Notes: generated from the letters alone by a model not told the origin. DNA of 64,000 nucleotides from Candidatus Magasanikiibacteriota bacterium (GCA_903853785.1 CAINUM010000063.1:2974-66973), one strand, 5' to 3'; counted from the first letter of the stretch, positions 9,046-18,730 are shown. Translations and numbers: made by a program.

Positions 9046-11100
9046 TTATTTACACTCCTTATTGGAACATTTGATCTCACCTTTGAAAGTTTGGGTAAGT
9101 AGAGAACCACATTTTTCACATTTTTCACCAGTTGGTTTGTCCCAAAGCGCAAAATCACATTTAGGATATTTGTTGCAACCGTAAAATGTTTTTCCACGTT
9201 TGCTACGACGTTCTGCCAAATCTCCCTCAAGACATTTTGGACATTTTACTCCAGTGACTACGTCGATATTTTTTGTTGTTTTGCATTCTGGATAACCGGT
9301 GCAGGCCATAAATTTGCCAAAGCGACCAGTTTTAATAACCATTGGTTTACCACATTTTTCACAAACCTCTTCAGTAGTTTCATCTGGAATTTTTTCTTTT
9401 TGAGGAATTTCTTTGTCTTTAATTTTCAAATTTTCTTTAAAAGGATGATAAAAATCAGCAATCACTGGTTGCCATTGTTTTTCGCCTCTAGCAATCGCGT
9501 CAAAGTTTTCTTCCATCTGGGCAGTAAAAGAAAAATCGACAATATTTGGAAAGTGTTGAACCAATAAATCGTTTACTACAAAAGCAACTTCGCGAGGTTT
9601 GAGGCGTTTTTTATCGTCACGTTCAACGTAGCCACGATCCTCGATAGTAGCGATGGTTGGGGCAAAAGTAGACGGTCTGCCAACACCATATTCTTCAAGA
9701 GCTTTAACCAAGGCTGCATCATTGTAGCGAGCGGGTGGTTCAGTGTGGTGCTGTTCTGTTTTTATTTCTTGGCAGTTTACTTTTTCACCATTTTCCAAAT
9801 TTGGCAAAGCGTTATCTTTGCTTTTTTCTGGATATAATTTTAAGAAACCATCAAAGATTATAGTTTGGCCAGTAGCTCGGAAAATATAATTATTTGTGGA
9901 AGTAATATTTGCACCGGTCGATGCGACATCAGCAGCAGCCATCTGTGTACCCATCGCTCGATTCCAGATTAGCTCATAAAGTTTGAATTGATTTTTTTCC
10001 AAAAATGGTTCAACGATAGCTGGAGTTCGTTTAGCTTCAGTTGGACGAATAGCTTCATGGGCTTCTTGAGCATTTTTACTTTTATTGGTATAGGCACGTG
10101 GTTTTTCAAGGCTATATTTTGCACCAAATTCTTCGTCAATCACGGCTTTGGCATCTTCCAAAAATTTTGTTGATAAATTTACAGCATCCGTACGCATGTA
10201 AGTAATCAAACCATGAGAACCTTGTGAACCAAGTTCCACACCCTCATAAAGTTGTTGTGCTAGGCGCATCGTTTGTTTGGCAGAAAATCCTAAACGATTG
10301 TTGGCGTCCTGTTGTAAACTAGAAGTTGTAAATGGAGGTGGGGGATTTCGTTTGCTATTTTTCTTTTCAACTGCACTAACAGTATAAGAAACACCAACAA
10401 GGTCTGCAAATATTTTATCGGCCGTTTCCTTATTTTTAATATCCAATTTTTCTAATTTTTTTTCAGGTGTAGCCGAAAGTTTGGCTTCAAAATTTATTTT
10501 TTCTTTATTTTCAAAAATACCCTCTACAGACCAGTATTCTTCTGGTTTAAAATCTAAAATCTCTCGTTCGCGTTCGACGGTGAGTCGCATGGCCACACTT
10601 TGTACACGACCAGCAGATAGTCCCTTGGCTACTTTGCGCCATAAAAATGGAGATAGTTCATAGCCTACCAATCTGTCTAAAATACGTCGTGCTTGTTGAG
10701 CGTCAACCATTTTTAGATCCAGTGCTCGGGGGTTGGCAATGGCATGTTCAACAGCAGTTTTGGTAATTTCATGGAAAGCAATACGTTGGGCTTTGGCCGG
10801 ATCTACACCCAATACTTGTGCCAAATGCCAGGAGATCGCTTCTCCCTCACGATCCTCATCGGTAGCGAATAGGATGTCGTCAGTTTTTTTGGCAGCGTCT
10901 TTAAGTTCTTTGATTACTTTGCTTTTGTCACGACTATTGATGTATTGTGGTTCAAAATTATGTTCAATATCAATACCCATCTTACTTTTTGGAAGATCAC
11001 GAACATGTCCAAATGATGATTTGACGACAAAACTTTTCCCTAAGAATTTGGAAATAGTTTTGGCTTTAGCCGGTGACTCTACTATGACAAGTTTTGACAT
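9046..11100 (-). CDS. topA: DNA topoisomerase I with C-terminal zinc ribbons
   Basis: Start moved to ATG 11100 (MSKLVIVESPAK); ATDEDREGE, SAGRVQS, ITYMRTD, AHEAIRPT, GRPST, CxxC ribbons. Confidence 0.98.
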   Translation of the reverse strand: MSKLVIVESPAKAKTISKFLGKSFVVKSSFGHVRDLPKSKMGIDIEHNFEPQYINSRDKSKVIKELKDAAKKTDDILFATDEDREGEAISWHLAQVLGVDPAKAQRIAFHEITKTAVEHAIANPRALDLKMVDAQQARRILDRLVGYELSPFLWRKVAKGLSAGRVQSVAMRLTVEREREILDFKPEEYWSVEGIFENKEKINFEAKLSATPEKKLEKLDIKNKETADKIFADLVGVSYTVSAVEKKNSKRNPPPPFTTSSLQQDANNRLGFSAKQTMRLAQQLYEGVELGSQGSHGLITYMRTDAVNLSTKFLEDAKAVIDEEFGAKYSLEKPRAYTNKSKNAQEAHEAIRPTEAKRTPAIVEPFLEKNQFKLYELIWNRAMGTQMAAADVASTGANITSTNNYIFRATGQTIIFDGFLKLYPEKSKDNALPNLENGEKVNCQEIKTEQHHTEPPARYNDAALVKALEEYGVGRPSTFAPTIATIEDRGYVERDDKKRLKPREVAFVVNDLLVQHFPNIVDFSFTAQMEENFDAIARGEKQWQPVIADFYHPFKENLKIKDKEIPQKEKIPDETTEEVCEKCGKPMVIKTGRFGKFMACTGYPECKTTKNIDVVTGVKCPKCLEGDLAERRSKRGKTFYGCNKYPKCDFALWDKPTGEKCEKCGSLLTQTFKGEIKCSNKECK

Positions 11101-11193
11101 AAAAATATTATTTTGCCCTCTTAAGATAATGGATTTTGACTGAATTGTCAATTTTATGGTAAAATTTATGCAGAAATAATTATAAATATTTAT

Positions 11194-11904
11194 ATGAGTG
11201 ATGATGAAAAAGGAAAAGGTAAGTGGGCAAATTGGAAGGCGCAAGGAGGTGATGTGCCCGGTGGTTTGTACGAAGATGAAGAACCGGAAATAATTTTTGC
11301 GATGCCACCTGTTTCGCGTTTAATATCCGATGAAGAACCTACCCCACTAATGGGGCAAGTGTCTGTTAAAAATAAGACAGCCCACCCAGCCCAAGAAATT
11401 ACTTTAGATCAGATTCAAGATAGATTAAGAATGGAATCAGGTCGAGCTGCTGGGATGAAACGAGAAATGGAAAGTGAAAAACAGGGTGCGAAAGAATTAG
11501 AAGATATATTCGAAGCGGTAGAAGCTGGGAACGAAAGTGTAATAAAAGGCTTGATCGTGAGGGAGTTCGGAAATGTTGAATTTGACAACTTAAATGACAT
11601 GCAGATTCGTTTAGATGATTTTTTCTCTGGAAGCAGAGATCTGAGTGTTAATATCGATCTGACCAAATCACCGCCTAAAAACAAAAAAATGAGTTTTGTT
11701 TTCAGACCCCGAGTTGCCGGCGCAGCACCATTTGTAGAAGTAACGTTGGTAAATGAAACTGGACTCGGTAAAGCTAAAAACGAAACTATTACTCATGTTG
11801 GAAGTGTAAAAATTGTCAATCCAGATGGGTCACCCTATGTTGCCGCGGCTAAAGAAAAGAAAACAAATTGGTTTTCTGGAATGTTTGGAAAAAAGAAAAA
11901 ATAA
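11194..11904 (+). CDS. Hypothetical protein
   Basis: 236-aa ORF filling the dprA-topA gap on the opposite strand; ends in amphipathic WFSGMFGKKKK. Confidence 0.75.
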   Translation: MSDDEKGKGKWANWKAQGGDVPGGLYEDEEPEIIFAMPPVSRLISDEEPTPLMGQVSVKNKTAHPAQEITLDQIQDRLRMESGRAAGMKREMESEKQGAKELEDIFEAVEAGNESVIKGLIVREFGNVEFDNLNDMQIRLDDFFSGSRDLSVNIDLTKSPPKNKKMSFVFRPRVAGAAPFVEVTLVNETGLGKAKNETITHVGSVKIVNPDGSPYVAAAKEKKTNWFSGMFGKKKK

Positions 11905-11933
11905 TTTTTTTAAAATAACCCTGATATCCAGGG

Positions 11934-13013
11934 TTATTTTTTTATATAATTCATTCCACCAACATTTTTAATTGATCCTTTAATTTCCATTAATATTAAA
12001 GTAGAACTAACCACAGAACTATCGAGCTTGCTCTCTAAAATGATCATATTTATATTTTTCGGCTCTTTGGTTAAATATTTTAGAATATTGTTTTCTACTT
12101 CATTATCACCAGTAGATTCAAAGGTCGGAGTTACTTGTTTAACGGTTTGTAAATTCAGTGCTTCCAAAATATCATTTGGTTCGGTTATCATTTTGGCGCC
12201 AAATTTTATAAGATTATTTGGGCCGGATCCAGTGGGGGAGGTCGTCGCATGAGGTACGGCCATAACTTCGCGATTGTAATCAAGAGCACAGCGAGAAGTG
12301 ATGAGTGCTCCGGATTTTATCGGTGCCTCAATAACTAGAGTTCCTAAACTTAATCCGGCTACAATACGATTACGCGCCGGAAAAGAATATTGAGTAGGTA
12401 AAAATCCAGGCGGATATTCAGAAATCAATGCACCGCCATTATATAATATTTTTTCAGATAGTTGTTTATGTGCAGATGGGTAAACACTCTGCCGATCGAT
12501 ACCAGAACCTAACACGGCTAAAGTTATACCGTTGGCCGCTAGTGCGGTATTGTGTGCTACACCGTCAATACCAAGAGCTAGCCCACTGACAATTACCACG
12601 CCTTGGCGAGCGATTGGCATCACCAGGTCTTCACAGATTATTTTACCGTAGGTCGTCATACGTCTTGTACCAACGACCGCGAGAGTCGGCATTTCGGTTG
12701 GTGGTAATGTCCCGCGATAAAAAAGAGTGTGTGGAGGGTCGTTAATTTCAGATAGAAGAACTGGATAATAGTTGTCACCCAAAGAAACTGTTTGAATATT
12801 TTCTTTTATTAAGTTTTCGAGTATTTTTTCGATAGGATTTTTGTCGCGCCAAGTTAAAAATTCAGAGGCAATATTTTCTTCCAAGCCGGCTTTAAGCAGT
12901 TCGTCTAATTCTGTAATATGTAAATTTTGAAAATCAGTAAAATGAATTTTTAAAGCAGTGTAACGTTTGTAAGTAATTTTTGGAAAGTGAGCTAGCCAAG
13001 CGTGATAATTCAT
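11934..13013 (-). CDS. dprA: DNA-processing protein A
   Basis: AVVGTR, IVSGLALGIDGVAH, FPARNRIVAG, SGALIT; C-terminal winged helix. Confidence 0.97.
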   Translation of the reverse strand: MNYHAWLAHFPKITYKRYTALKIHFTDFQNLHITELDELLKAGLEENIASEFLTWRDKNPIEKILENLIKENIQTVSLGDNYYPVLLSEINDPPHTLFYRGTLPPTEMPTLAVVGTRRMTTYGKIICEDLVMPIARQGVVIVSGLALGIDGVAHNTALAANGITLAVLGSGIDRQSVYPSAHKQLSEKILYNGGALISEYPPGFLPTQYSFPARNRIVAGLSLGTLVIEAPIKSGALITSRCALDYNREVMAVPHATTSPTGSGPNNLIKFGAKMITEPNDILEALNLQTVKQVTPTFESTGDNEVENNILKYLTKEPKNINMIILESKLDSSVVSSTLILMEIKGSIKNVGGMNYIKK

Positions 13014-13114
13014 AATTAAATAATGAATTAATTTTTATTAGTTACAGTATATCATATTTGTAATTGTCTTGAAATTAAAAAAGAGACCCGATAGTCTCTT
13101 TTTAAAATTATATT

Positions 13115-13654
13115 TTATTCAACTGCTGACAATCTTTTTATTTCTACTGCGGCATGGTCCATAGCAGTTTGTAAAAGTTTGAATTCTTCTTTAGTAAATT
13201 TATTTAAAACAAAGTTACTAATTACTTCAATTTTTTCTTTTTCCACCGGTCCAACTCCGATGCGTATGCGGGTAAAATCTTGTGTACCAATATGCTCGAT
13301 AATAGATTTTATTCCGTTGTGTCCTGCTGCACCACGATTTGTTTGTACGCGAATTTCTCCAACTGGAATATCTTTGTCATCATGCACGATCACAATGTCC
13401 TTGGCGGCTAAACGATAAAAATTTAACATGATACTAACTGAAATGCCAGAATTGTTCATGAAAGTCTGGGGCTTTGCCAATATCACTTTATTGCGTCCGA
13501 CTTTATAATCAAAAACCTCAGCCTGAAGTTTTGAAGATTTTTTGGAAGATAGATTTTCTGATTCAGCAAATCTATCCAAAGTTAGCCAGCCAGCATTGTG
13601 GCGAGTTAATTCAAATTCTTTACCTGGATTTCCAAGACCGACGATGAGCTTCAT
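13115..13654 (-). CDS. pth: Peptidyl-tRNA hydrolase
   Basis: LIVGLGNPG, TRHNAG, KPQTFMN.SG, VHDD, GHNGIKS. Confidence 0.98.
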   Translation of the reverse strand: MKLIVGLGNPGKEFELTRHNAGWLTLDRFAESENLSSKKSSKLQAEVFDYKVGRNKVILAKPQTFMNNSGISVSIMLNFYRLAAKDIVIVHDDKDIPVGEIRVQTNRGAAGHNGIKSIIEHIGTQDFTRIRIGVGPVEKEKIEVISNFVLNKFTKEEFKLLQTAMDHAAVEIKRLSAVE

Positions 13655-13665
13655 AATTTCTAATT

Positions 13666-15036
13666 TTATCTTCTAGTCTTAGTGAGCTTAATAACGATCG
13701 GTGCTGCAAAAAAACTAAATTGATCTCTTAGGCGATTTTCCAAATAATGAACATAAGACATGTTCAAAGATGTTTTGTATTTGATAAACAATTCGAAAAT
13801 TGGTGGGTTGGAATTGATTTGACGGAAGCCCAAAATCTTTGGATGATTTACGCCTTTGCCACGAGATGGTAAATGATCTTTGGTAACATGACGAATAAAT
13901 TCTTCACAAACTTCTTCGGATAGCTCAGTGTGACGTTCTTCCCAAGCTTGTTTTATTAAAGGAAATAGTTGATGGATGCGATAGCTAGTTTTTGAACTCA
14001 CAAACGCAATTGGAGCGTAAGCAATATGTGGAAAATATTTCATGATTTTTTCTTTCACATCGTTACGGAAAGAATCAGTATTATCTTCACTCAAATCCCA
14101 TTTATTAACTACGATAATTACACTCTTGGTACTTTCACGCAACAATCCACCAAGTTGTTGGTCTTGGTCAGTGATAGGGGATGAAGTATCTAGTAAAAAT
14201 AAAACAATATCAGCACGTTTCATCACCTCAATACTTTTGCCGATACCAACACGCTCAAGTAATCCAGAAACTTTGGCCTTACGACGTATACCAGCAGTAT
14301 CGATAAATAATATATGATCGCCGTCAACTTCCACAAGAGTGTCGTGCGGTTCACGAGTGGTATGAGGCATGTCTGAAACAATCACACGTTCTTCACCGAT
14401 CAATCTATTGAATAGAGATGATTTACCAACGTTTGGTTTGCCTAACAAAGCTACTTTAATTGGTTCGATATCTGGTAATAACTGTGGTTTTTTGATAGTT
14501 TTCTTTAAAAGTGAAAAAATCTTTTCCATAAGATCACCTAGTCCAGAACCATTCTGGGCAGAGATAGCAATTGGTTGTCCAAAACCAAGCGACAACCATT
14601 CACGTTCATATTTTAAGGAATGTTGAACTGGATTGTCAGCTTTGTTTGATACTAAAATAACTGGACAATCTTTACGTTTTTGTAATAAAAGTTTGGCTAG
14701 TTCTCTTTCTTGTGGTAAAAGCCCGTCTTTGATATCTGTTACAAACACAATTACGTCTGCTTCTTTGAGAGCCGCTTCAGTTTGTTTGATGATATCTTCT
14801 TCCAAGGGCACATCGTCTGAAAAGGTAAGACCACCAGTGTCAACAATACGGATGTGGCGACCGCGCCAAAGACACTTGCCTTCATTGCGGGTGCGAGTCG
14901 TACCCGGGATATCCGAAACTAAAGCCTTGTCACTTTCGGTGAGACGATTGAAAAGTGTAGATTTTCCTACATTAACACGACCGACAAGGGCAATGGTAGG
15001 TAATTCTAGGTCAACGATTTTTGCTAATGTTGCCAT
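13666..15036 (-). CDS. der: Ribosome biogenesis GTPase Der
   Basis: Two GTPase domains (GRVNVGKS/DTGG/NKAD and GKPNVGKS/DTAG/NKWD) plus a KH-like C-terminus. Confidence 0.96.
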   Translation of the reverse strand: MATLAKIVDLELPTIALVGRVNVGKSTLFNRLTESDKALVSDIPGTTRTRNEGKCLWRGRHIRIVDTGGLTFSDDVPLEEDIIKQTEAALKEADVIVFVTDIKDGLLPQERELAKLLLQKRKDCPVILVSNKADNPVQHSLKYEREWLSLGFGQPIAISAQNGSGLGDLMEKIFSLLKKTIKKPQLLPDIEPIKVALLGKPNVGKSSLFNRLIGEERVIVSDMPHTTREPHDTLVEVDGDHILFIDTAGIRRKAKVSGLLERVGIGKSIEVMKRADIVLFLLDTSSPITDQDQQLGGLLRESTKSVIIVVNKWDLSEDNTDSFRNDVKEKIMKYFPHIAYAPIAFVSSKTSYRIHQLFPLIKQAWEERHTELSEEVCEEFIRHVTKDHLPSRGKGVNHPKILGFRQINSNPPIFELFIKYKTSLNMSYVHYLENRLRDQFSFFAAPIVIKLTKTRR

Positions 15037-15037
15037 A

Positions 15038-16534
15038 TTATTCTTTGTTAACGCTTAAATCCGATCCCAAAATGATCAGTATATCGGCTTCTGTATTAAA
15101 TTTTAAATTTGGATTTGTCTCTTCTGTGCTAGAATTTATGTTATTACTACCATTTTTTATCCATTCTGGCAAGACCGTCTCCACTCGGGCGGTAATTTCT
15201 TTTTGAAGAGCTGTAACAATGTCATTGGAAAGCTTCGGATTAACTACATATATAGTAGTCATATCGATAGGACGTTTTGGACTATTGGCAGCTGGTAAAG
15301 TAGAAAATCCTTTTTCTTGAAGATCTTGTTGGTATTTAGCCGCAAGACCGGCTCTCCAGGTACCGTTTAAGATTTGGATTTTACCTGTAGGGAAAATAGA
15401 TTTGTTTTCGGTAGACAAATTTTGAGCAATTTTGACATGATTGCTGTCAAAAACATTTTCTATAGCCAAATTAATGTCGTCAAAATTTCCAGTGCGAGGA
15501 GCTAAAATATAGGCACCGCTATCCGCTATGTAAGATTTTAAGAATCCGTTTTCTGAATTATCCAACACCAGCATTTTAATATTTTTATCAGCATCTTTGG
15601 CCAGGTTGGCTAAATACATCATTTGACCAAAATTTAAATTGGTAGTTATGTGTGAAGATAAAGATTGTAGAATACTTTGAACACGAACTGGATTTGTATA
15701 AGTTCCAACAGATAAAAGTTTTTCTTTTAAAGCTGAGATCATCAGCTGTTGGCGACGAGAACGAGCAAAATCTGAGCCTTCACCATTATTACCATGGCGA
15801 GAACGAGCAAAATCTAAAGCTCGTTCACCATTCATAGCTTGAACACCCGCATCAAATGTTAAAGTTCGATAAGAATAATTTGGACCAGGGAATTCGTAAT
15901 CAACAAATGAACGTGGAACATTTACGGTCACACCACCAACCTCGTCGATTATTTCTTGAAAAGCAGTAAAATCGACGCGAGCATAATACGGAATTTCCGC
16001 CCCAAAAGTTTTGGCGAAAATATCACGAGCGTATTCACCGCCAGACCCAGCTGCTTGAGCTTCGCCAAAAGAATCCGCGGAATTAATTTTTCTAACACCG
16101 TGATTACCGATGGTTACCCCTAAATCTCGAGGTACGGAAATCATTGCTACTTCATTGGTACTAGGTTTGATGCTTAGAATTATGTTGGTATCAGATAAAT
16201 ACGGGCCATCATGACCTGCACCACCAATGCCTAACAATAAGATATTAATGCGATCGTCTTTTTGTCCTTCAAGTACGTTGTCGGCATGAAAAATAAAATT
16301 TTTGACTGTTTGTAATATGCCGACATTTTTTGGTTTTAGGGTGGTTAAGTCGTAATTTGCCGGATCGTCAGACCATTTAGCGAGTGAATAGTTACGATAA
16401 GTATTGCAACCGACGATGAACAAAAGCCCGACTATAATAAAAAATAGCCAAAACAGTTTTTTTCTTTTTGGCTTAGGTTCGTCCAGTTCCAGTTTCTGTG
16501 GTTCTAGTAAATTTATTGGGTCTTTTGTTAACAT
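15038..16534 (-). CDS. LytR-CpsA-Psr (LCP) family protein with LytR C-terminal domain
   Basis: N-terminal TM, NILLLG, SDT, SVPRD, ARSRH, DFARSRRQQ; C-terminal 'QILNGTWRAGLA...ADILIILGSD'. Confidence 0.93.
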   Translation of the reverse strand: MLTKDPINLLEPQKLELDEPKPKRKKLFWLFFIIVGLLFIVGCNTYRNYSLAKWSDDPANYDLTTLKPKNVGILQTVKNFIFHADNVLEGQKDDRINILLLGIGGAGHDGPYLSDTNIILSIKPSTNEVAMISVPRDLGVTIGNHGVRKINSADSFGEAQAAGSGGEYARDIFAKTFGAEIPYYARVDFTAFQEIIDEVGGVTVNVPRSFVDYEFPGPNYSYRTLTFDAGVQAMNGERALDFARSRHGNNGEGSDFARSRRQQLMISALKEKLLSVGTYTNPVRVQSILQSLSSHITTNLNFGQMMYLANLAKDADKNIKMLVLDNSENGFLKSYIADSGAYILAPRTGNFDDINLAIENVFDSNHVKIAQNLSTENKSIFPTGKIQILNGTWRAGLAAKYQQDLQEKGFSTLPAANSPKRPIDMTTIYVVNPKLSNDIVTALQKEITARVETVLPEWIKNGSNNINSSTEETNPNLKFNTEADILIILGSDLSVNKE

Positions 16535-16584
16535 ATAGTAGGAAAATCATACCATAAAATATCATAAAAAGCAACTTGTCGGGG

Positions 16585-16613
16585 TTGATTTATTTTTTTC
16601 TTTGTGATAGAGT
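16585..16613 (+). promoter_or_regulatory. Sigma70-type promoter ahead of the tRNA remnant
   Basis: TTGATT-17-TAGAGT with extended -10 TG. Confidence 0.55.
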
Positions 16614-16631
16614 AAATTCGAACTCAAATCA

Positions 16632-16670
16632 GGATGATTAGCTCAGCTGGTTCGAGTCCAGTATCATCCA
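16632..16670 (+). pseudogene. Internally deleted tRNA (acceptor stem plus T-arm; ends resemble tRNA-Val)
   Basis: GGATGAT-TAGCTCA-GCTGG-TTCGAGT-CCAGT-ATCATCC-A; 3' half of the D-arm, the anticodon arm and the variable loop are absent. Confidence 0.8.
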
Positions 16671-16688
16671 CGGGTTAAAATTATTTCT

Positions 16689-17192
16689 ATGCCAAAGAAT
16701 ATTTTAAAAGAGGAGATCAATATTGGAGAAGTCCAATATGAGTGGACGGTAAAGGAATACGAGCAGCATGAGCGAAATCAAAAATGGTATTGGGTGATGG
16801 GAGCGATTGGAATTGCCATTACGGTTTACGCAGTGTTGTCTGCCAATTATCTATTTGCGTTGATTACAGTCTTGTTTGGGATAATTTTATTCATGCAAGA
16901 TATGGTGACGCCAATGGATGTGTATTTTGCAATAACCAATACTGGAGTAGTGATTGGAAAAAAGTATTATCGCTACAGTGAATTTACAACTTTTTGGATG
17001 ATATACAATCCGCCAGTTACCAAGAATTTGTATTTTTCACAGGACAATGTTTTGAACCACCGCATTCAAGTGCCATTGTATGATTATGATCCGATGCCAA
17101 TTCGCGAATATTTAGCTCTATATATGGAAGAGGATTTAGAGCAAGAAGAAGAGCCACTTAGCGAACGCATGGGTAGAATATTGAAAATATAG
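16689..17192 (+). CDS. Membrane protein with two TM helices and a possible PH-like C-terminal domain
   Basis: 'W...EY..HER...WY', TM hairpin, beta-rich C-terminus. Confidence 0.75.
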   Translation: MPKNILKEEINIGEVQYEWTVKEYEQHERNQKWYWVMGAIGIAITVYAVLSANYLFALITVLFGIILFMQDMVTPMDVYFAITNTGVVIGKKYYRYSEFTTFWMIYNPPVTKNLYFSQDNVLNHRIQVPLYDYDPMPIREYLALYMEEDLEQEEEPLSERMGRILKI

Positions 17193-17205
17193 TAAAGAAG
17201 TTCCT

Positions 17206-17277
17206 GCACCCATCGTTCAATGGATAGGACATTGGCCTGCGAAGCCGAAAATTTAGGTTCGACTCCTAATGGGTGCA
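17206..17277 (+). tRNA. tRNA-Arg (anticodon GCG); CCA not encoded
   Basis: GCACCCA/TGGGTGC acceptor, GTTC/GGAC D-stem, TTGGC-CTGCGAA-GCCGA anticodon arm, TTAGG-TTCGACT-CCTAA T-arm. Confidence 0.95.
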
Positions 17278-17278
17278 C

Positions 17279-17309
17279 AAAAAAACGCTTTTATCAAAAG
17301 GCGTTTTTT
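17279..17309 (+). terminator. Intrinsic terminator after tRNA-Arg
   Basis: AAAAAACGCTTTT...AAAGGCGTTTTTT hairpin with U tract. Confidence 0.75.
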
Positions 17310-17327
17310 ATTTGTTTATGTTCTGGA

Positions 17328-17356
17328 TTGATTTTTTCAAATATCATTGGTATACT
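17328..17356 (+). promoter_or_regulatory. Sigma70-type promoter of GC-rich island A
   Basis: TTGATT-17-TATACT with extended -10 TG. Confidence 0.65.
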
Positions 17357-17417
17357 TTTTTTGTTTGATGCCTGTTGCAAGAGCACAGGAAATCCAGTCT
17401 ACAACTTGGAGGTTTCG

Positions 17418-17648
17418 ATGAAGTTGATCGCACACGCTGTCCATATTCCATTTTTGTTCTGTCTGCTCGGCGGGGTTCGTCTTTCAGCAGTGATCTGCCC
17501 CCCCATCTCGCTGGTTCCGTCCAGCGACCCGTGGCCGCGAATGCCGCAGAACACCGATCGTCATCGTGGTCGGCGTGAGTTCGTGTCGGCGGTCGCCAAC
17601 GCCCAACGCATCGCTCAGCGCAACTCCAATGGGTGCCGCCGCCGCTAG
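17418..17648 (+). CDS. GC-rich small ORF A (76 aa), function unknown
   Basis: GGAGG at 17408-17412 before the ATG; MKLIAHAVHIPF...NGCRRR; TAG stop; promoter upstream. Confidence 0.5.
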   Translation: MKLIAHAVHIPFLFCLLGGVRLSAVICPPISLVPSSDPWPRMPQNTDRHRGRREFVSAVANAQRIAQRNSNGCRRR

Positions 17649-17682
17649 CCGGCGCTGAACCCTTGTTGGTATCAAACCCCGC

Positions 17683-17725
17683 TGTGCGTCGACTAATCCA
17701 AAGGAGTAGTCCGGCGCACACATAC
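17683..17725 (+). repeat. Conserved hairpin, copy 1
   Basis: TGTGCGTCGACTAATCCAAAGGAGTAGTCCGGCGCACA; 17684-17725 is 36/42 identical to 19036-19077. Confidence 0.85.
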
Positions 17726-17853
17726 TTTAGACTCAAGTTATTGTCTCTAGAGAAAGATAAAAAATTCCAATTGAATGTTGGAATTTTTTGTTTGCCAAAC
17801 TTTTTATGTATGATATACTTTCATTATTAAACAATGATTTAAATAATTATTTT

Positions 17854-18693
17854 ATGTCTGAAGTATCAAGTGAAGACAAAGCTAAACAAGCGGAATTCAA
17901 AGCACCAACATTCGAAAAAAAAACTTCTTCAAAAGAAGTACAGCTTTTGGATTCAAAATATTTTCAAGCAATGAATCGACTTTATCAATTACAAAATAAA
18001 GTAGGAAAAGAAAGTATTCCCCAAGCGATTTTGGATAATAAAGACTTGAAAGCAGTGGTGGATGAAGTGCTGGCCGACGCCAGATATAATCCTGAAGGCA
18101 AGAAAATAGAGGATGTAGATTTTAGCTTAGTAGATGATAAAAAAACAAACAAATTAGGTGTACTTGGAAAGAATAAACAAGCAAGAACTAGTTGGAATAA
18201 AGATAATCCTTTTTATCGTGCATGGGTTAAAGATGCAAAAGATATTATGCCTGAAGCAGGAGAAGATATTGAGGATGTATTGCCAGACATTTCGGATGTT
18301 GGACCAGTTGAACCAATTATCAGCGAAGACGATAAGCAAACGGTGGCAGAGGCGGATAGTGCAAAAATTATAGATATCAGATCTAGAATAAATGATTTTA
18401 CAAAGTCCGAAAAAGCATTTTTTAATAGTGAACACGATGAGATCGCCCCTGCTTCTACAGCGGAGGAATTGGCTCAAGCTAAAAAGATTTTAGGATCAGA
18501 TCAAGATGATGGAACTTATCGTTCAGGTCAAAGTATTACACCGGGTGGTTCGACAAAGACTTGGCTGGAGAAAGGGTTGTTGGCAATAGGAGCTAAAAAA
18601 TTGGGTGAAGCAATCGCAAGAAGTAATAAAAAAGAGAATCCAATAGCAGAAAAACCAAAGACTGATGATAAAATCGACAAACTCGCAGCCTAG
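17854..18693 (+). CDS. Hypothetical charged protein
   Basis: Long ORF in host-like composition; start taken as ATG 17854 after a T-rich leader; ends KIDKLAA. Confidence 0.8.
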   Translation: MSEVSSEDKAKQAEFKAPTFEKKTSSKEVQLLDSKYFQAMNRLYQLQNKVGKESIPQAILDNKDLKAVVDEVLADARYNPEGKKIEDVDFSLVDDKKTNKLGVLGKNKQARTSWNKDNPFYRAWVKDAKDIMPEAGEDIEDVLPDISDVGPVEPIISEDDKQTVAEADSAKIIDIRSRINDFTKSEKAFFNSEHDEIAPASTAEELAQAKKILGSDQDDGTYRSGQSITPGGSTKTWLEKGLLAIGAKKLGEAIARSNKKENPIAEKPKTDDKIDKLAA

Positions 18694-18701
18694 AACAAGC
18701 A

Positions 18702-18730
18702 TTGACTTTTTGGCCTAAATATGCTATACT
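18702..18730 (+). promoter_or_regulatory. Sigma70-type promoter of GC-rich island B
   Basis: TTGACT-17-TATACT with extended -10 TG. Confidence 0.75.

Noticed and set aside
11101-11244. N-terminal extension of topA in the ORF track
   Set aside because: It overlaps the divergent gene and promoter region; the conserved start is ATG 11100
16632-17277. tRNA remnant as an att-site duplication of tRNA-Arg
   Set aside because: The remnant differs in sequence from tRNA-Arg, retains both 5' and 3' ends, and no integrase is present
17220-17417. 142-aa ORF starting at 17220
   Set aside because: Its 5' part runs through tRNA-Arg and a terminator; only the SD-led part from 17418 is plausible
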